Source of the DNA: Thermoanaerobaculales bacterium
Lineage (GTDB): Bacteria > Acidobacteriota > Thermoanaerobaculia > Thermoanaerobaculales > Thermoanaerobaculaceae
Direction of reading: 5' to 3'
NCBI GenBank assembly: GCA_044447965.1
Contig: JBIOGJ010000020.1
Coordinates: 15,538 to 47,537 of the forward strand
Length of the DNA: 32,000 nt
The notes under the pieces are model-generated. The model searched no databases and was not told the DNA's origin. It was given only the letters and a program-made list of their open reading frames with translations. Below, piece after piece: positions 1-9,198 of this stretch. Every line of letters begins with the position of its first letter. Position 1 is the stretch's first letter. Made by a program: the position numbers and the translations under genes.

Positions 1-2509
1 TGGCGACGCCCTCGGCGTTCATGATGAACGGGCCCATCCCCTCCTCGGGAGCGGCATCGGGCTTCATGTCGGGGATGTCCGCCCCGGCCCACTTCTTGCC
101 GCTCCAGTACACGTAGCGCCGGTTCGGGTCCCAGGGCTTGCCGCCCGGATCCGCGGAGGCGCGGTTGTAGAGGATGCGCCGGTTCGCCGGCCACGACCAC
201 GCCCACCCCGGTGTCGCGCCCAGGCCGCTCGGGTCGGCGGGATCGCGCCGGGCCATCTGGTTGCCGGCCTGCGTCCAGGCCCCGGCGAAGATCCAGCACC
301 CGCAGGCGGTAGAGCCGTCCGCCTGGAGCACCGCAAAGCCCGGTACCTGCTCGCCCTCGCGGGCCAGGAACGCACCCGCCGTCTTGGGGTCCGGCACATC
401 GGTGATCGCCCAGCCGTTGTACTCGCGGGCCAGCTCCTCCGCTGAGGGCGAGCGCGGGATCTTGTACGCCCAGGTGAGCTTGAGGATCGGGTCGGGGAAT
501 GCCCCGCCCTCCTTCTGGTAGAGCGCGCGGATGCGGCCGAACAGCTCGGCGATGATCTCGGCGTCTCCCTTCGCCTCACCGGGCGGGTCGGCCCCCTTCC
601 AGTGCCACTGCAGCCAGCGCCCGCTATTGACGAGCGATCCGTCTTCCTCGGCGAAGCATGTCGAGGGAAGGCGGAACACCTCGGTCTTGATGCTCGCGGT
701 GTCGACGTCGTTGAACTCCCCGTGATTCTTCCAGAACATCGAGGTCTCGGTCACGAGCGGATCGATGATCACGAGATAGGCGAGCTTGGAAAGCCCGGTC
801 ATGAGCTTGGTCTTGTCGGGGAACGATCCCAACGGGTTGAACCCCTGGCACACGTACCCGTTGACCTTGCCGTGTGCCATCAGCTCGAAGACGGTGAGGA
901 CGTCATACACCTTGTCGAGCTTCGGCAGCAGCTCGTACGCCCAGTCGTTGTCCTTGGTCGCCGCCGCGCCGTACCAGGCTTTCTGGAGCGAGACGAAGAA
1001 CTTGGGGTAGTTCTGCCAGTAGTTCATCTGGCCCGGCCGGAGCGGCTTCGGTGTCCGCTTGCCCAGATACGTGGCCACGTCCGGGTCGTCGTCCGTCGGC
1101 ATGGTCAGATAGCCCGGCAGTTGGTGCGACAGGAGCCCGAGATCCGTCAGCCCCTGGATGTTGGAGTGTCCGCGCAGGGCGTTCATGCCGCCGCCGGGCA
1201 TGCCGATGTTGCCGAGCAGAAGCTGGATGATCGCCATCGTGCGGATGTTCTGCGAGCCGACCGAGTGCTGCGTCCAGCCGAGCGCGTACAGGTTCGTCAT
1301 GGTCTTCTCGGGTGGCGCCGTCGAGGCGATCGCCGCGCACACGGCGAGGAACAAATCCTTGGGCGTGCCGGTGATCTCACAGACCTTCTCGACGGTGTAG
1401 CGCTCGTAGTGCTTCTTCATGAGCTGGAAGACGCAGCGCGGGCTCTGGAGCGTGGGATCGACCTTCGCATATCCGTCCTTGTCCAGCTCGTATGCCCAGG
1501 TCGTCTTGTCGTACTTGTGAGTTTTGGCGTCGTAGCCGGAGAACAGCCCGTCGGCGAAGGCGTAATCCTCGCGGACGAGGAACGGCGCGTTGGTGTACTC
1601 GCGGACGTAGTCGTGCTGGATGGCGTCGTGCGCGAGCAGGTAGTTGATCACGCCGCCGAGGAACGCGATGTCGGTGCCGGCGCGGATCGGCGCGTAGAGG
1701 TCGGCGACCGCCGCGGTCCTGGTGTAGCGCGGGTCCACGACGACCAGCTTCGCCTTGTTCTTGACCTTCGCCTCGATGACCCACTTGAATCCGCAGGGGT
1801 GTGCTTCGGCGGGGTTCCCGCCCATCACCACGATCACGTTCGCGTTCTTGATGTCAACCCAGTTGTTCGTCATTGCGCCACGGCCAAACGAGGGGGCCAG
1901 ACCGGCCACCGTTGGGCCGTGTCAAACACGTGCCTGGTTGTCGAGCGCCACACCTCCCAGGGCGCGAACCATCTTGTGCGTGAGGTACCCGGTCTCGTTC
2001 GATGATGCCGACGCGGCGAGCATGCCGAAGGTGTTCCAGCGGTTGACCGTCAGCCCCTTGTCGTTCTTCGCGATGAAGTTCTTGTCCCGGTCGTCCTTCA
2101 TCAGCCGCGCGATCCGGTCGAGGGCGAACTCCCACGAAACGCGCTCGAAGTGATCGCTGCCGGGCTTCCTGTACTCCGGATACTTCAGGCGCTGGGGCGA
2201 GTGGACGAAATCGAGTAACGACGCGCCCTTGGGGCAGAGCGTACCGCGGTTGACCGGGTGGTCGGGATCGCCCTCGATGTGCACGATCTCGGTGCGCGCG
2301 TTCTTCGCGCGGTCGCCGAGGCCGTAGATGATGACGCCGCATCCCACCGCGCAGTACGGGCACGTGTTGCGGGTCTCGCTCGTGTGGGCGAGCTTGAAGG
2401 TTCGAACCTCGGCAAACGCGTCTTTTGCCGAGAACCCTAGGGCCGTTAGGCTGGTGGCTCCTACGGCGGTAGCCGAGAGCTTCATGAAGCCTCGTCTGGT
2501 GACGTCCAT
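1..2509 (-). CDS. fdnG: Formate dehydrogenase alpha (catalytic molybdopterin) subunit, Tat-exported, selenocysteine-containing; C-terminus lies off the window
   Basis: Track ORF 1922..2509(-) starts with a twin-arginine signal (MDVTRRGFMKLSATAVGATSLTALGFSAKDAFA) and an FeS motif (CPYCAVGCG). It ends ...LDNQARV at TGA 1922-1924. The same frame stays open from 1921 to the window edge and reads HGPTVAGLAPSFGRGAMTNNWVDIKNANVIVVMGGNPAEAHP...GPFIMNAEGVA. This reproduces the FdnG/FdoG 'ARV-U-HGPTV' selenocysteine site. Confidence 0.9.
1879..1924 (-). promoter_or_regulatory. UGA(Sec) codon plus bacterial SECIS stem-loop
   Basis: The mRNA 3' of the UGA reads CACGGCC-CAAC-GG-U-GGCC-GGUCU-GGCC-CC-UCGUUU-GGCCGUG. 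The outer stem is CACGGCC/GGCCGUG. The apical stem has a bulged U and a GGUC-type loop. As I recall it, this is very similar to the E. coli fdhF SECIS core GGUUGCAGGUCUGCACC. Confidence 0.75.
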
Positions 2510-2620
2510 GCGACCCCCCTTCCGGAAACTTGAAAATAGTGTATCAACCTACGCAAGCCCCGGGAGCCGGAGAGAGCAGGCCGGCCGCAGAACCCCACAT
2601 GTGAAACGCGCGTTAGTCGC

Positions 2621-2652
2621 AATTTCAAAACCGGTGCGTGGACGCAGCCCGG
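2621..2652 (-). terminator. Candidate rho-independent terminator downstream of tRNA-Pro
   Basis: The minus strand reads CCGG(GC)UGCG-UCCA-CGCACCGG followed by UUUUGAAAUU. It lies ~95 nt 3' of the tRNA and upstream of the fdnG start. Confidence 0.45.
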
Positions 2653-2746
2653 CGCGGACGCGGAGCGAGGCGTGGCGTCAGCTCACGTTGCGAGACGGGA
2701 GCCGAAGACGCACGGAGAGCTTGACCGCCTTGTTGTTTGGTTTGTT

Positions 2747-2823
2747 TGGTCGGGACGGCGGGATTCGAACCCGCGACCACTTGAACCCCATTCAAGTACG
2801 CTACCAGGCTGCGCCACGTCCCG
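2747..2823 (-). tRNA. tRNA-Pro (anticodon GGG), CCA encoded
   Basis: The reverse complement folds as a cloverleaf: CGGGACG-TG-GCGC-AGCCTGGTA-GCGT-A-CTTGA-ATGGGGT-TCAAG-TGGTC-GCGGG-TTCGAAT-CCCGC-CGTCCCG-A-CCA. The anticodon loop is AU-GGG-GU and the T-loop is GTTCGAATC. Confidence 0.93.
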
Positions 2824-2923
2824 ACCCGGTGCTGCGGACCTCATCTGGTGCTGCGACTTCCAGGTGCTATCTGCCAGCGCTTCGAACGCGACCCCCCGGA
2901 TCGGACCGGAGCCGGCCAGCGTT

Positions 2924-3301
2924 TCACTTCAACATTGCGACGATCGCTTCCAACTCCCGGCGGGTGCTCTTCAACGCCCGCCGCAGGCTTTCTACCTGCG
3001 CGGCCGGCTTGCTGTCAAGCTTGCGCTCGGGCTGCGCCTGCTGGCCCGCCTCCTCGGCGAGTCGCTTCTTGGCGCCGGCCACCGTGAACCGCTCTTCGTA
3101 GAGGAGCTGCTTGATGTGGAGGATGAGCTGAACGTCGGCCCTGGTGTACGTACGCTGGCCGCCCGCGCCCTTGGACGGTGTCAGCTCGGGAAACTCGGTT
3201 TCCCAATAACGCAACACGAACGGCTTGACGCCGGCGATGTCGCACACCTCGCCGATCTTGAACTCGTCCTTGTCGGGTAGCACGACTGCTTCACCCGGCA
3301 T
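2924..3301 (-). CDS. MerR-family transcriptional regulator (125 aa)
   Basis: An N-terminal MerR-type HTH ([27 protein letters not shown]...[32 protein letters not shown]) is followed by a coiled-coil-like tail. I chose the ATG at 3301, which overlaps the upstream gene's stop by 11 nt. The longer track ORF (to 3457) would lie inside the upstream CDS. Confidence 0.85.
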   Translation of the reverse strand: MPGEAVVLPDKDEFKIGEVCDIAGVKPFVLRYWETEFPELTPSKGAGGQRTYTRADVQLILHIKQLLYEERFTVAGAKKRLAEEAGQQAQPERKLDSKPAAQVESLRRALKSTRRELEAIVAMLK

Positions 3302-4526
3302 GAGCGTCCTCCTCGGGGACCAGCGTAAGCCGCAGTTGGAGGGTGAGTCGCTTACCCCCGGTCCACGCGGTCGGTACTGGGACCTCGATCTCAAGCTCCC
3401 GCACGTCGCCGATTTGCGCGAGCGCGCGCGGCACCACACGCTGAATGGCGGTCTCAAACAGCGAAGGAGGCATCTCGCTCGCTGGCGTCTGCTCCGGTAT
3501 CACCTCGGTCTCCGCGGCAGCCTCCCCGGTTTCGCCACCCGCCTCCGTATCCTCGGCGAGCCCAAGGTCCATTGCGATTTCCGGCGGCGGAGTTGGCCTG
3601 GGCATCTCGAACACATCGTCGCCGAAGAAAACAGGCTCCGCGCCAGGCTGTTCGAACGGATCGTCGGGACTTGCAGCGTCCTCAATGGCCAGCCGCGGCA
3701 GGGGCCGGATGGCGACTTTATGCGTGACCTCGTCAGGTTCGGTCGCGCGTGCGGGTGGAGCTGGCGACGCCGTGGCAAATACCTCGGTGTCCCGCGGTGC
3801 GGCGGGGGCCGAGAAGTCGGCGGCAGGCGGAGCGAAGGAAAAGACCCGCGCGCCCTGTTGCGCCTCGGGCGGCGGCACCATTGTGAGCAGCGGTTTGGTT
3901 TCCTCCGCCTCACTCGCGGCAAATTCCACCGGAACCTTGAAACGGTCGCGCAGGGAACGCGCCACCAGCTTGACCACGCCCTGGAGCGTTTCCTCGAGGC
4001 CGATGCCGACGGTGGCCACCGCCTCGAAGAATGGGGCGTTGTGCTCGTTAACGAGTGCGTCGAGTTCCTCGACAGACATGACCTCGCCGAGATCGCGCTT
4101 GTTGTACTGCAACACGTGGGGAAGCTCCGCTAGATCGATCCCCTGTAGGAGCAGGTTCTGCTTGAGGTTTTCCCACGAGTCGCGGTTGGCGCGCAGCATC
4201 TCGCGCTGGGAGTCGGCAACGAAGACGACGCCGTCGGCGCCGCGCAGCACCACTTGGCGCGTGGCGTTGTAGTGCACCTGACCGGGCACGGTGTAGAGCT
4301 GCACGCGCAGCTTCATTCCGCGCAGGGTGCCGGCATCCACCGGAAGGAAATCAAAGAAGATCGTGCGATCGCCGCCGGCGGGCACGACCACCAATTCGCC
4401 CCTGGTCTCCGGCGGGTACCCCTGGTAAAGCGAGCGCAGGTTGGTCGTCTTGCCTCCAAGAGGAGGGCCGTAGTAGACGATCTTCGCGATAATCTCGCGA
4501 GCCTGCGGTCGAAATTGCACCATCAC
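3291..4526 (-). CDS. MglA-like Ras-superfamily small GTPase with a ~215 aa Pro/Ala/Glu-rich C-terminal extension
   Basis: The first ~195 aa match MglA hallmarks: [19 protein letters not shown] (P-loop), [12 protein letters not shown] (switch I with Arg), LYTVPGQ (switch II Gln), GVVFVADSQ and QYNKRDL (NKxD). The remainder is low-complexity and acidic or proline-rich, ending in a ~50 aa beta-like segment. The start is either GTG 4526 or ATG 4523; ATG 4523 shares one nt with the der stop (TGATG). Confidence 0.85.
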   Translation of the reverse strand: MMVQFRPQAREIIAKIVYYGPPLGGKTTNLRSLYQGYPPETRGELVVVPAGGDRTIFFDFLPVDAGTLRGMKLRVQLYTVPGQVHYNATRQVVLRGADGVVFVADSQREMLRANRDSWENLKQNLLLQGIDLAELPHVLQYNKRDLGEVMSVEELDALVNEHNAPFFEAVATVGIGLEETLQGVVKLVARSLRDRFKVPVEFAASEAEETKPLLTMVPPPEAQQGARVFSFAPPAADFSAPAAPRDTEVFATASPAPPARATEPDEVTHKVAIRPLPRLAIEDAASPDDPFEQPGAEPVFFGDDVFEMPRPTPPPEIAMDLGLAEDTEAGGETGEAAAETEVIPEQTPASEMPPSLFETAIQRVVPRALAQIGDVRELEIEVPVPTAWTGGKRLTLQLRLTLVPEEDAHAG

Positions 4527-5851
4527 CCGCTCCGATCGCGCTTCCCCCGCATGTTAAACCTAATTGGCACTCCTGCCAACGGGAACGCCTCCCGCACTGC
4601 GTTCTCCAGGTAACGCAGGTAGGAAAAGTGCAGCGCGCCGGTGCCGCTGACGAAGAGGGCGAAGCGCGGCGGGGCGCTACCGGTCTGGGTGGCGTAGTAG
4701 AGCCGCGCCGGCCGCCTGCCCCCAGGCGGGGGCTGGCGCTCCCAGGCCGCACGCAGCACACGGTTGAGCTCGCCGGTGGTGAAGCGCTGGCGGAACGCAT
4801 CGCCCACCGTCAGCGCCATCGGCAACAGGTGCGGCAGGCCGAGACCGCTGATCGCCGAGACGAACAGGAACGGCGTGTCCTTGAGGAACTTGAGGCGTTC
4901 GAGCACTCGCTTCCTGAGTTGCTCCCGCGCCTCGCGCCCGCCGGCGTCGACCAGGTCGCTCTTGTTGACCACCACCACTACGCCGCGGCCAGCCTCGTTC
5001 ACGAGGCCGCCCACATGCGTGTCCTGCGCGGTCATCCCCTCGCCCGCGTCGATCAAGAGCAGGCACACTTGAGCCCGCTCGATGGCGCGGCGCGCCATCA
5101 GCACCGAGAGCACCTCGGGACCCTGGTCCGTCCGCCCCTTGCGGCGGATACCGGCGGTGTCGATGAGCCGGATCGTCCGGCCGCTGCAGGTAACCAGGGT
5201 ATCCACTGCGTCCCGGGTGGTGCCGGGCACCTCCGAGACCAGCACCCGCTCCTCACCCAGGAGACGGTTCAGCAGGGAGGACTTCCCCACATTCGGCCGT
5301 CCCACGATCGCCACCGCGAGCTCGGGCTCGCCCGCGATCTCCATTTCGTCGTCGGGAGGCGGAAGGACGAGCTCGAGCTCTTCCCACAGTTCGCCCACGC
5401 CGAGCCCGTGCTCGGCGGAAACCGCGACGACAGGGAACCCCAGGCCCGCGAAGTCCACCACCCCGTGAGCCGCGTCCCCCCGGTCGGCCTTGTTCACCGC
5501 CAGCACCACCGGACGGCCGGTGCGATGCAGGCTCTGCGCGATCTCGCTGTCCGCCGGGGTCAGCCCTTGCGAGCCGTCTACTACCAGCACCACCGCGTCG
5601 GCGCCATCGACCGCGGCAAGCGCCTGGCCGCGCACCATCGCCGGGATCTGCTCGGCAGAATCCGGCTCGAAGCCGCCGGTGTCAACGAGTACCACGGTGC
5701 CACCGTTCGGCCGCACGGCGTCGGCCGCGACGCGATCGCGGGTCATGCCCGGGAGGTTGTGGGTGATGGCGCGGCGGGTGTGCATGAGCCGGTTGAACAG
5801 CGTGGATTTGCCCACGTTTGGTCGGCCGACGATGGCGATGGTGGGAGGCAT
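4523..5851 (-). CDS. der: Ribosome-biogenesis GTPase Der (EngA), tandem GTPase domains plus KH-like C-terminus
   Basis: There are two G-domains: IAIVGRPNVGKSTLFNRL...DTGG...NKAD and VAIVGRPNVGKSSLLNRL...DTAGIRR...NKSD. The C-terminus reads PPRFALFVS...YLRYLEN. I chose the start at MPPTIAIVGRPNVGKS (ATG 5851). The 5' part of the track ORF (to 6274) is Arg-rich and non-homologous. Confidence 0.93.
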   Translation of the reverse strand: MPPTIAIVGRPNVGKSTLFNRLMHTRRAITHNLPGMTRDRVAADAVRPNGGTVVLVDTGGFEPDSAEQIPAMVRGQALAAVDGADAVVLVVDGSQGLTPADSEIAQSLHRTGRPVVLAVNKADRGDAAHGVVDFAGLGFPVVAVSAEHGLGVGELWEELELVLPPPDDEMEIAGEPELAVAIVGRPNVGKSSLLNRLLGEERVLVSEVPGTTRDAVDTLVTCSGRTIRLIDTAGIRRKGRTDQGPEVLSVLMARRAIERAQVCLLLIDAGEGMTAQDTHVGGLVNEAGRGVVVVVNKSDLVDAGGREAREQLRKRVLERLKFLKDTPFLFVSAISGLGLPHLLPMALTVGDAFRQRFTTGELNRVLRAAWERQPPPGGRRPARLYYATQTGSAPPRFALFVSGTGALHFSYLRYLENAVREAFPLAGVPIRFNMRGKRDRSG

Positions 5852-6144
5852 GGCTACGAAGGTCCGTGGCCCGCCGTCCGTCGCCCGTTGTTCAACACGA
5901 CATCGACGGGGATGTAGGGTCCGCGACAAGCAACTCGAATGAAACCGTCGGAGTCGGAGACGCAGCGAGGCAGATCCAGATGCCGATCCGAGCGACCGCA
6001 TGCGGGCGCGCACGCGACCTGGAAACCGCTGTTGGGCTGCATCCTCGACCTCCGCCGCGTGCGAATGTACCATTTGTCGTGAGTCGCCGGGATGAAGAGA
6101 CAATTCGCGACGTGCTCGTCCACGAAAAGCGCGGGGGACCATCC

Positions 6145-6564
6145 ATGACCGGCACAGCAGGCCCGGGCAAGCCCTCCAACTGGCGCGAGATCGCGCTGCT
6201 TGCGGTGGCAGCGGTGGCGATCGGCTGGACTTTCGCCCACCCCAGTCGGCCAGCGCCCGGGCTCGGTGTGGCACCGACGCCGCTACCCGCCCGCCTCGAT
6301 CCGGGGTTCCTCACCGATCTTGAACGCCTCGCGCCTCGAATCCCGGCCGGTGCAGCGGTAGGGCTCGCCGTACCCGAGGGGGCGACTCGGGTGTCCTCGT
6401 GGTACTGGACGATGGCGGCGTTCTCGTTCCCAGCCCAGGTGTGGCGTCCCATCGAACGGAGGGGCCCGGGATACCAATGGGCGCTCGCGCCCCGCGAGCT
6501 TGCCGTGACCGCCCCATGGCGTCGGGAGGCGTGCGGTCGAGGCTGGTGCCTGTGGCGGCCGTAA
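6145..6564 (+). CDS. Hypothetical small membrane-anchored protein (139 aa)
   Basis: The ATG at 6145 is followed by one hydrophobic helix (REIALLAVAAVAIGWTF). Third-codon positions are strongly G/C-biased throughout. It overlaps the next CDS start by 49 nt. I recognised no family. Confidence 0.4.
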   Translation: MTGTAGPGKPSNWREIALLAVAAVAIGWTFAHPSRPAPGLGVAPTPLPARLDPGFLTDLERLAPRIPAGAAVGLAVPEGATRVSSWYWTMAAFSFPAQVWRPIERRGPGYQWALAPRELAVTAPWRREACGRGWCLWRP

Positions 6565-7874
6565 CTCCCGTGCTGGCGTGGATCGTAGGCCTCGCCGCAT
6601 CGGCGCAGCTTTTCGGACGGTTGCGCGCCGCCGATCCGGGCAGCTCGCGCGGAGCGCGGCTCGCGGAGTCGCTCGTCGCAGGCTGGGTGATTGGCGGCGC
6701 TACGATGCTCGTTCTCGCGGCCTGCGGGTCGCCGCTTGGCCCGGCTGCGGCGATGGCGCCGTTGGCCATCGCGCTTGCGGTCGAACTGCTGCGGCGCCGG
6801 GGCCGCCGCTCGATCACCGCCGTGGCCGCTCCCAGAGCCGCGACACTCACGTGGCCCTCCGTCGCTCTCCTTTGTGTGGCCGGGCTGCGCCTCGCGGCCC
6901 ACCTCACACGCTGGCCCTGGGACCATCCGTGGAGCTGGGATCACTACGCGGTATGGGGCCTGAAGGCCCGCTTCCTGGTCGAGCCCCGCGGCCTGTGGCA
7001 CTACCTCTCGGTCGCGTCGGCGTACCCCTTCTCTCACGGCGAATACCCCCAGCTCCTGCCCGCCCACCTCGCCTCGGTCTCATGGCCGGCGGGGGATGGA
7101 AGGTTCGGCGCGGTTCCTGATGCGGTGCTCGCGCTGGCCGCGCTGGTGGTTCTATTCGAGCTATGGCGGCGCTGGCTCGGTTCCCTGGCCGCCTCGGCGT
7201 TGATACTGCTCCTCGTTTGGCCGGCCGAACTGTGGGCCGGGCACCTCGTGGGTCTCGCCGACCGGCCGATCGCGCTGCTCGCAGGTATCGCCGCCAGTCT
7301 CGCGCTGTCCGGTCCCAGTCGGTCCGACCTACCGCTGTTCGCCACGGCACTCGCCGGCATGGGCTTGCTCAAGAACGAGGGCCTACCCTTTGCTTTGCTG
7401 CTGGCTACGGCCGTGCTCGTGCGAGCGCGTTGCCAGTTCGCCGCCGCCGCTGCGGTTGCCTGCGGGCTCGCCCCCGTTCTCGCCTGGCACGGCCTCGTAT
7501 GGGGCGTTGGTCTCGGTAGCGACCGCTTGGTGGGCTTCACGGTTCCCGCCGATCCTGCCTCCGCGTGGCTCCGGTTCGTGCGCGCCCTGGCTGGATTTCT
7601 GGCCGCGCCCGACCTGCTCGTCCTCGCGCTTGCCATGGTGATCGGCGGGCTCGCCGCCTTGATCGTCCGCGGCTCTCGCATCGTTGCCGTGGCGGTTGTC
7701 GCGCAGGGGCTCTTGGTGGCCGTGATTACGGTGTACGGCCCCTACGACCTCGGCTGGCAACTCTCGACGTCGCTTCCGCGCCTGGTCGTGGGTCTCATTC
7801 CCGCCGCGCTCGCTTGCCTCGCCGGCTCCCTGGCCAATCACGAAATGGGGAGACCCCGGTTTGCGGTGCCATGA
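6516..7874 (+). CDS. Polytopic integral membrane protein, possibly a GT-C-type (ArnT/PMT-like) glycosyltransferase
   Basis: About 12-13 hydrophobic helices by eye. There is an extracytoplasmic-type loop (WDHPWSWDHYAVWGLKARF...YPFSHGEYPQLLPA) and a GLLKNEGLPF segment that resembles GT-C membrane glycosyltransferases. I chose the start at ATG 6516 (MASGGVRSRLVPV); the upstream part of the track ORF looks non-coding. Confidence 0.6.
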   Translation: MASGGVRSRLVPVAAVTPVLAWIVGLAASAQLFGRLRAADPGSSRGARLAESLVAGWVIGGATMLVLAACGSPLGPAAAMAPLAIALAVELLRRRGRRSITAVAAPRAATLTWPSVALLCVAGLRLAAHLTRWPWDHPWSWDHYAVWGLKARFLVEPRGLWHYLSVASAYPFSHGEYPQLLPAHLASVSWPAGDGRFGAVPDAVLALAALVVLFELWRRWLGSLAASALILLLVWPAELWAGHLVGLADRPIALLAGIAASLALSGPSRSDLPLFATALAGMGLLKNEGLPFALLLATAVLVRARCQFAAAAAVACGLAPVLAWHGLVWGVGLGSDRLVGFTVPADPASAWLRFVRALAGFLAAPDLLVLALAMVIGGLAALIVRGSRIVAVAVVAQGLLVAVITVYGPYDLGWQLSTSLPRLVVGLIPAALACLAGSLANHEMGRPRFAVP

Positions 7875-7889
7875 CCGCGCCGCGCGCGC

Positions 7890-8585
7890 TCACCCCGAGG
7901 CTGCGCCGAGGCACGCACAGCGGAAGGCGCGGAAGATCGCCACGTGCGGCTCCTGGGTAAGGTTCTCGGGATGCCACTGCACCCCTAGCACGAAGCGATC
8001 GCCCGCCGCGGGCTCGATCGCTTCGATCACTCCGTCCGGGGCGATTGCCGCTGCTACGAGTCCCGCACCGAGACGCGCGAGCCCCTGGTGGTGCCGCGAG
8101 TTCACCGGAACACGCTCGCCCGCGAGAGGTAAGAAGCGCGCCGCCGGGTCAACCCTCACCTCGTGAGTGAGGAAGTCCTTTGGGTCCGTAATCCGGTGCC
8201 CTGGCTTTCCGGCGCACTCGAGGTCCTGAATGAGCGTGCCGCCGCAGGCGACGTTGAGGAGCTGGCAGCCGTAACAGATGGCCAGCACCGGCCGGCGCTC
8301 GCGTGCCGCGCGTTCGAGCAGGGCGAGGTCGAGGGCGTCGCGCTCCGGGCGCAGGTGCAGCTCGACCCCTGCCTGCGCGATCTCACCGTAGCGCCACGGC
8401 TCCACGTCCGGACCGCCGGTGAGCAGCAAGCCGGCGATCGCGTTTTCGCGCGCCAGCACGGACGAGGCCGTTGCCGGCGTCACCGAGACCAGCTCGCCCG
8501 CCTCGCCGCCAGCGAGCGCCCAGGCGGTACCGAAGCGTTCGACCTCGAACGGCCGGTCATCCGAATGGACCAGCAAGACGCGCAC
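7890..8585 (-). CDS. Class-I glutamine amidotransferase / gamma-glutamyl-GABA hydrolase-like (peptidase C26 family)
   Basis: The nucleophile elbow is PVLAICYGCQLLN, and there is a C-terminal GVQWHPE His-Glu motif. At 231 aa the length is typical of the family. Confidence 0.85.
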   Translation of the reverse strand: MRVLLVHSDDRPFEVERFGTAWALAGGEAGELVSVTPATASSVLARENAIAGLLLTGGPDVEPWRYGEIAQAGVELHLRPERDALDLALLERAARERRPVLAICYGCQLLNVACGGTLIQDLECAGKPGHRITDPKDFLTHEVRVDPAARFLPLAGERVPVNSRHHQGLARLGAGLVAAAIAPDGVIEAIEPAAGDRFVLGVQWHPENLTQEPHVAIFRAFRCACLGAASG

Positions 8586-8617
8586 GCCCGGATTCTACCC
8601 GCCGCCGCGCCGTTCCC

Positions 8618-9157
8618 TCAGCCGCCCCCAATCGAGTCGGCGGCCGTCACGAGGTAGCGCGTCGCGATCAGCTCGGCGGCGACCGCCACGGCGCGGCGTA
8701 CGGGATCCGACAGGCCGGGGGAGATCTCCTCAGGGAGCGGACCCGTTTGACAGCAGAGCACCCTCACCTCGATGCTCCCCTCATCGGCGAGCTCGCGGAG
8801 CAGGTTGCTGGTGGGGAGCTGGTGGAATGAGAAATCGTCTTGCTTGGTGGCGGGGAGCTCCATCGGATCGAGGTCGAACACCTCGCCCGGCGTGCGGCCC
8901 CGATCCACGGCGTCAACGATGAGGATACGTTCGGGCCGCACCGAAGAGAGCGACACCGTAAATAGGAGCGTGCGCACGCCGGTGCCCGCGTCGAGGAGGT
9001 ACACGTCGGCGGGGATCTCAAAGTGCTGCTCGAGGTAGTCGATGACCGCGCTGCCGAAACCGTCGTCCCCGAACAGGACGTTGCCGCAGCCGAGGATCAA
9101 CGTGCGGGCGCGACAGAACGCAGGCAACGCCTCCCTGCTCGCCTCCTCCACCGACAC
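8618..9157 (-). CDS. [NiFe]-hydrogenase maturation endopeptidase (HyaD/HycI/FrhD family)
   Basis: TLILGCGNVLFGDDGFGSAVIDYL...YLLDAGTG...ILIVDAVD is the family signature. I chose the GTG at 9157 (or 9151), downstream of the large-subunit stop and preceded by GGGAGG. The 5' part of the long track ORF overlaps mvhA out of frame. Confidence 0.85.
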   Translation of the reverse strand: MSVEEASREALPAFCRARTLILGCGNVLFGDDGFGSAVIDYLEQHFEIPADVYLLDAGTGVRTLLFTVSLSSVRPERILIVDAVDRGRTPGEVFDLDPMELPATKQDDFSFHQLPTSNLLRELADEGSIEVRVLCCQTGPLPEEISPGLSDPVRRAVAVAAELIATRYLVTAADSIGGG

Positions 9158-9198
9158 CTCCCGGCGATCGTCAGCCAAGTGTAATCGACTAGGCACGG

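Noticed and set aside
602-2005. A 467-aa plus-strand ORF, and several minus-strand ORFs (64-579, 903-1340, 1377-1784, 1854-2363), overlapping the formate dehydrogenase region
   Set aside because: Their translations are Arg/Gly/Pro/Ala-rich low-complexity sequence, typical of off-frame or antisense reading of high-GC coding DNA. The FdnG frame has unmistakable family motifs and stays open throughout.
2733-2750. A short tandem repeat, TTGTTTGG TTTGTTTGG, abutting the tRNA-Pro 3' end
   Set aside because: There are only two short copies and no array or spacer structure. It is most likely just an A/C-rich trailer of the tRNA transcript and not a CRISPR or att-like repeat I can support.
2328-3280. 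Plus-strand ORFs 2328-3101 and 2672-3280 running across the tRNA and the MerR-like gene
   Set aside because: They read through a well-folded tRNA gene and run antisense to a clear HTH regulator. I recognised no motifs.
5852-6274. An N-terminal extension of der (track ORF 4523-6274), and ORF 5818-6564 taken as a 248-aa protein
   Set aside because: Der homology begins exactly at MPPTIAIVGRPNVGKS (ATG 5851). The extension is Arg/Ser-rich with no similarity to anything I recognise. For the plus-strand ORF, only the part from ATG 6145 looks coding.
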